Source of the DNA: Gemmatimonadota bacterium
GTDB lineage: Bacteria > Gemmatimonadota > Gemmatimonadetes > Gemmatimonadales > GWC2-71-9
Assembly (NCBI GenBank): GCA_046726475.1
Contig: JBKPAO010000009.1
Location: forward strand, 7,480 to 71,479
Length of the DNA stretch: 64,000 nt
Direction of reading: 5' to 3'
A program made the position numbers and the translations under genes. Positions 59,787 through 64,000 of this stretch are shown piece by piece (position 1 is the first letter of the stretch; the number at the start of each line of letters is the position of its first letter). The notes beneath the pieces were generated by a model. It did no database searches. It had not been told where the DNA came from and saw only the letters and a program-made list of their open reading frames with translations.

Positions 59787-60395
59787 ATGCCGCTGACCAA
59801 GCGCCAGAGTGAAATCCTCAGCTATCTGCAGGCTCATATCAATGGGCAGGGGTACGCGCCCAGCTTCGAGGAAATTGCCGAGCACTTCGGTTTTCAGTCG
59901 TTGGCTACGGTCCACGAGCATCTCACGAATCTGGAGCGGAAGGGCTATATCCGTCGCTCCTACAACGAGAGCCGCTCGATCGAGGTTCTGCCGCCGCGAG
60001 GTACGTCATCGGCTAGTGAAATCCCTCTTCTCGGTAAGGTCGCGGCCGGCACCCCGATCGAATCCCTAATGCACCAGGAAAGCATTGCGGTCCCGGAGCA
60101 GATGCTGCCTCGCCGCGGACCCAACTATGCGCTGAAGGTGCAGGGCACCTCGATGATCGACGAGCACATCGTCGACGGCGACATTGTGGTCGTACACGGC
60201 AAGCAGACGGCCGAGAATGGAGAGATGGTCATCGCTCTCGTCAACGGTAGCGAGGCCACGGTCAAGAAATTCTATCGTGAGCCCGGAGGATGGATCAGGC
60301 TTCAGCCCGCCAACTCTACCATGCAACCCATGCGCTTTCAGGAGCGCGACGTCTTAATCCAGGGTGTCGTGGTCGGCGTCATCCGGAAGTACTGA
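59787..60395 (+). CDS. lexA: SOS repressor LexA
   Basis: LTKRQ winged HTH, VAAGTP cleavage site, GTSM Ser and TVKK Lys dyad. Confidence 0.97.
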   Translation: MPLTKRQSEILSYLQAHINGQGYAPSFEEIAEHFGFQSLATVHEHLTNLERKGYIRRSYNESRSIEVLPPRGTSSASEIPLLGKVAAGTPIESLMHQESIAVPEQMLPRRGPNYALKVQGTSMIDEHIVDGDIVVVHGKQTAENGEMVIALVNGSEATVKKFYREPGGWIRLQPANSTMQPMRFQERDVLIQGVVVGVIRKY

Positions 60396-61425
60396 CCGCG
60401 GGGGCGGCTGCTCGCAACCGGGCCAGCGCGGCAGCTCCGCCCCCGCCATCGAGTGCGTTCCGGCCTCGGTCGATCGCCTCCTCGAACGACCAGCCCCGCC
60501 CTGAAACGTAGAGCGCAGCTGCGGCGTTCAGCAGAACGGCGCAGCGCACCGCATGACTGCCCTTCCCCAACAGCATTGCCTCGATCCGGCTTGCATTCTG
60601 GGCCGGCTCAGCTCCGTCGAGCCCGTCTAAGTCGTCGCAGTCGAGGCCAAAGCGGCCAGGATCCAGTTCCCAGGTGCTGGTCTTCCCCTCCCTCACCTCC
60701 CAAACAGACGTCTTTCCCGACGGGCTGATCTCGTCCATGCCGATATCGGCATGCAACACCAAGGCATGTCTGGCTCCCAGGACCCCAAGAGCCGCGGCAA
60801 GGACCGGCGCTCGCGCGCGGTCGGCAACTCCAATGACCTGCCGAGCGACACCGGCGGGGTTCACCAGCGGACCCAGGAGATTCATGATGGTCGCTACGCC
60901 AAGCTCCTTTCGGACGGCGCCGAGGTGCCGCACAGCGGGGTGATAGGACGGCGCGAAAAGGAAGACCAGACCGACAGACCGAAGCACCTCTCTGGCACGG
61001 TGGGGAGGCAAAGTGATGTCGACTCCGAGCGCTTCCAGGACATCGGCCGAACCGGATCGAGAGGTGTAGCTGCGGTTTCCGTGCTTCGCCACAGGGACGC
61101 CGGCGCCGGCCACCACGAACGCCGCGGCGGTTGAGATGTTCAGCGTGCACACCTGGCCGCCGCCGGTGCCGCAGGTGTCGACCAGTTTCTCCGGGTTCTC
61201 AGCGTCCAGGCGAACCATGGCACACCGCAGAGCCAGAGCAGCTCCGGCGATCTCCTCAGCGGTCTCACCCTTGGTTCGGAGACCCATGAGGAGCGCCGCT
61301 GCCTGGATGGGACCTCCATCCCCCCGCATGAGGATCTCGAAGGCGGCGGCAGCGGCCTCTCGGTCGAGCGAGCGGCCTTGCGCGATCTGTTGGATCGCGA
61401 ACCGCAGGGGGGCATGATCGGTCAC
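60379..61425 (-). CDS. trpD: Anthranilate phosphoribosyltransferase
   Basis: DTCGTGG, NISTA, KHGNRS, GSADVLE. Confidence 0.96.
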   Translation of the reverse strand: MTDHAPLRFAIQQIAQGRSLDREAAAAAFEILMRGDGGPIQAAALLMGLRTKGETAEEIAGAALALRCAMVRLDAENPEKLVDTCGTGGGQVCTLNISTAAAFVVAGAGVPVAKHGNRSYTSRSGSADVLEALGVDITLPPHRAREVLRSVGLVFLFAPSYHPAVRHLGAVRKELGVATIMNLLGPLVNPAGVARQVIGVADRARAPVLAAALGVLGARHALVLHADIGMDEISPSGKTSVWEVREGKTSTWELDPGRFGLDCDDLDGLDGAEPAQNASRIEAMLLGKGSHAVRCAVLLNAAAALYVSGRGWSFEEAIDRGRNALDGGGGAAALARLRAAAPAVSTSG

Positions 61426-61562
61426 TGGTGCGAGGCCGGCGAAGGGTCTGGCTCGAAGGGAGGAAAGGTCGAAAAGTCTATCCGGTAAGAGCGTCTTTTG
61501 TCAATCCTGACAAGCAGTTGCGTACTTGCTCGTGGAGATGGAGCGTCGCTAGATTTCGTTCG

Positions 61563-62363
61563 ATGAGCCGGACCTTTCTCGCCACGCTTCACTACGACGG
61601 CACCGGCTTCGTCGGGTGGCAACGCCAGCCAGCCGGCCGCTCGGTGCAAGCTGAGTTCGAGCGAGTTCTGGAACGGATCTTCAGCCGGAGAACGTTGGCC
61701 CATGCTGCCGGACGGACTGACGCCGGCGTTCACGCCACCGGGCAGGCGGTAAGCTTCGGCGCTCCTCAAGGCTGGACTCATCAAGCGCTTCAGCGAGCAC
61801 TGAATGCGCTCCTTCCGAAGGACTGCTGGGTCGAGTCAGTGTACTCGATGCGGCCCGGATTCCACGCCCGAAAGTCGGCTCTGACCAGACGCTACCGCTA
61901 CGATGTAGGGTTCGATCAATCATCGGCATCACCGTTCCGGCGGCCCTACGAGTGGGCATTGGGACGCGCGCTCAATTTCGATTTGATCCGGGCGGTTGCA
62001 GGCGAGCTCCGGGGCGAGCACGACTTTCGCGCTTTTGCCGCCAAATCAAATAAGCGGCACTATCGCTGCCGCCTCTCATTGGCCGACTGGGAACTTCGTC
62101 CCGACGGACGCGGAGCGAGCTTCCACGTAGAGGCTGACCGCTTCCTGCACCACATGGTTCGCATGCTGGTGGGCACTATGGTGGACGTGGGACTCGACCG
62201 ACGTCCTCCGGAGGACGTCGTCACCCTGCTGGGCCGAGAGGACAATAGTGAGACCAGCCCTCCAGCCCCGCCGCAAGGGCTCTACTTCGTTGCGGCCAGC
62301 TATCCAGCGGAACTCTATGAGGAGATCATGGGATTTTCGGGTGCGGCAGCGCATTTCGTCTAG
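61563..62363 (+). CDS. truA: tRNA pseudouridine(38-40) synthase
   Basis: YDGTGFVGWQ, GRTDAGVHA, FLHHMVR. Confidence 0.97.
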   Translation: MSRTFLATLHYDGTGFVGWQRQPAGRSVQAEFERVLERIFSRRTLAHAAGRTDAGVHATGQAVSFGAPQGWTHQALQRALNALLPKDCWVESVYSMRPGFHARKSALTRRYRYDVGFDQSSASPFRRPYEWALGRALNFDLIRAVAGELRGEHDFRAFAAKSNKRHYRCRLSLADWELRPDGRGASFHVEADRFLHHMVRMLVGTMVDVGLDRRPPEDVVTLLGREDNSETSPPAPPQGLYFVAASYPAELYEEIMGFSGAAAHFV

Positions 62364-63762
62364 AGCGCACCTGCTGGCACTGGCACTCGGCCTACTGGGC
62401 TGCCGGGATGCGGCGCCCGACGAGCTTACCGTCGCTAGCGCCGGAGTACAGACGCCACGGCAGGTGGCGCAGGTTGACAATGCCGTCAGTGCATCCCGGC
62501 GGACCGCGCTGGTGTCTGCCGCGGACCGAGTATCGCCCGCCGTCGTCTCCATCAACGTCACGGCACGGCAGCAAGTCACTCCCCGCTCTCCCTGGGATTT
62601 CTTCTTTGTTCCCGAGCAGGCGCGCATCGTCCAGGGCTATGGGACTGGATTTGTGCTCCGTTCTGGCGGGATCATTGTGACCAACCAGCACGTGGTCGCC
62701 AACGCGGACAAGGTGGTGGTCACTCTTCGCGACGGCAATGATCTTCCGGCAACAGTCTTGGGTGAAGACCCGGTCACCGATATCGCGGTGCTTCGGGTCA
62801 AGCGAGACAATCTCCCGACCGTCGCTCTTGGCCACAGCACGGATCTGATGATCGGCGAGTGGGTGGTCGCCCTGGGCAACCCCTACGCCTACCTCCTAGG
62901 CAATGCCGAGCCCACGGTTACCGTCGGTGTGGTGAGCGCCACGGGTCGCAACATCCTTCCCGGGGGAGACCAGACCGGTCTCTACCTGGACATGATCCAG
63001 ACCGATGCCGCCATCAATCCGGGCAACTCCGGTGGTCCGTTGACGAACGCGCTCGGCGAGGTCGTCGGAGTGAATTCGTCGATTTTCAGCAACAGCGGTG
63101 GGTCCGTGGGATTGGGCTTTGCAATTCCGATCGAGCGCGCCGTTCGGGTTGCGGACGAGATCATTCGGAGCGGTACGGTCCGGCGAGCATGGGTCGGTCT
63201 CGAGGTGGAAGGAGCCAACGCCATGCGAGAATGGAAGAGCCAGGGTGGGGTCGTGCTCTCCTCGGTGGCACCCGGTGGTCCGGCCGCCCGAGCGGGTCTC
63301 AGGCCGAGTGACGTGCTGGTCGAGGCGAACAGCCGTCGGCTCCGCAATTATCTGGATTGGGAGGCGGTAAAGCTGGATCTTCACGTGGGCGACGCGGTTG
63401 ATATTCTGGTGCGCAGCGGAAGCTCGAGCGTCCGTCGCCGAATCGTCACCGGCGACCTGCCGACCGTCACTGCCGAGAAGATCACCGTTCTCCAGGACCT
63501 TCAGCTCGTCAACGTGACGCCGGCGATTCAGGCGGAACGCGGCATCCGGAGCGAGCAGGGCGCGCTCATATTCCGGATCTCCCCCCAGGTCAGTCGGGCG
63601 ACCGGGTTGGAGGCCGGCGATGTCATTCTGGCAATCAACCGATCTCCGGTACGGAGCGCGGCTGAGGTGTCCGATCTCCTCAACGTGCGGCCCGGCCAGG
63701 TCATTCGCATCTATGTCGAACGTGAGGGACAGGTGACCTTCACCGATCTGGTCTTCCGGTGA
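62341..63762 (+). CDS. HtrA/DegP-family serine protease with two PDZ domains (lipoprotein)
   Basis: Lipobox LLGC, TNQHV, DIAV, GNSGGP. Confidence 0.94.
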   Translation: MRQRISSRAHLLALALGLLGCRDAAPDELTVASAGVQTPRQVAQVDNAVSASRRTALVSAADRVSPAVVSINVTARQQVTPRSPWDFFFVPEQARIVQGYGTGFVLRSGGIIVTNQHVVANADKVVVTLRDGNDLPATVLGEDPVTDIAVLRVKRDNLPTVALGHSTDLMIGEWVVALGNPYAYLLGNAEPTVTVGVVSATGRNILPGGDQTGLYLDMIQTDAAINPGNSGGPLTNALGEVVGVNSSIFSNSGGSVGLGFAIPIERAVRVADEIIRSGTVRRAWVGLEVEGANAMREWKSQGGVVLSSVAPGGPAARAGLRPSDVLVEANSRRLRNYLDWEAVKLDLHVGDAVDILVRSGSSSVRRRIVTGDLPTVTAEKITVLQDLQLVNVTPAIQAERGIRSEQGALIFRISPQVSRATGLEAGDVILAINRSPVRSAAEVSDLLNVRPGQVIRIYVEREGQVTFTDLVFR

Positions 63763-64000
63763 GCGACGATCGCTGGCAGTCGCCGCTGAGCACCCGGTAC
63801 GCGTCGCCGGCGATGCAAACGCTTTGGGGTGAGCCACGGCGGATAGCGCTCTGGCGACGGCTATGGCTGGCCCTAGCCGAAACCGAGCGCGAGCTTGGCC
63901 TCGATATACCGGAGCAGGCCATTACGCAGATGCGGGCCCATTTGGACGATGCCGACCTCAACGCCGCCACCCGCTACGAGCGACGCTTCCGGCACGATGT
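63759..64000 (+). CDS. purB: Adenylosuccinate lyase (3' partial)
   Basis: Hand translation MSDDRWQSPLSTRYASPAM...WRRLWLALAE...ERRFRHD; GTGA overlap with the degP stop. Confidence 0.9.
   Translation, partial: MSDDRWQSPLSTRYASPAMQTLWGEPRRIALWRRLWLALAETERELGLDIPEQAITQMRAHLDDADLNAATRYERRFRHD

Noticed and set aside
1-64000. Prophage, integron, IS element, tRNA or rRNA
   Set aside because: No integrase, transposase, phage structural genes or recognisable stable RNA sequences seen by eye

Overview
GC-rich bacterial chromosome segment, most consistent with Gemmatimonadota (inferred from protein style, gene neighbourhoods and repeat types; not verified). Bases 1-18300 are an accessory patchwork of small membrane, cupin, GNAT, redox and peptidase genes separated by REP-like palindromes, short tandem repeats and gene remnants. 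Bases 18300-27000 hold dedA/sulP and a glycosyltransferase-deacetylase-flippase operon coupled to a sigma54 two-component system and its probable target gene. Bases 27000-37900 hold a housekeeping operon (PTS EIIA-aspS-phoH-7TM HD-ybeY-two CNNM/CorC-mgtE) and rlmN. Bases 37977-47678 form a compact serine-cycle-type cluster (sga-mcl-mtkAB-hpr-ppc, divergent glycerate kinase) with a perfect Rex-type palindrome in the shared promoter. Bases 47675-59710 form a tightly coupled trp/fol/pan operon with HEAT-repeat, HD-GYP and GAF-chemoreceptor genes embedded in it. lexA splits trpD from trpC and has a candidate direct-repeat operator. The window ends with truA-degP-purB. I saw no rRNA, tRNA, CRISPR array, integrase or transposase. 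All calls come from motif recognition by eye, without database searches.
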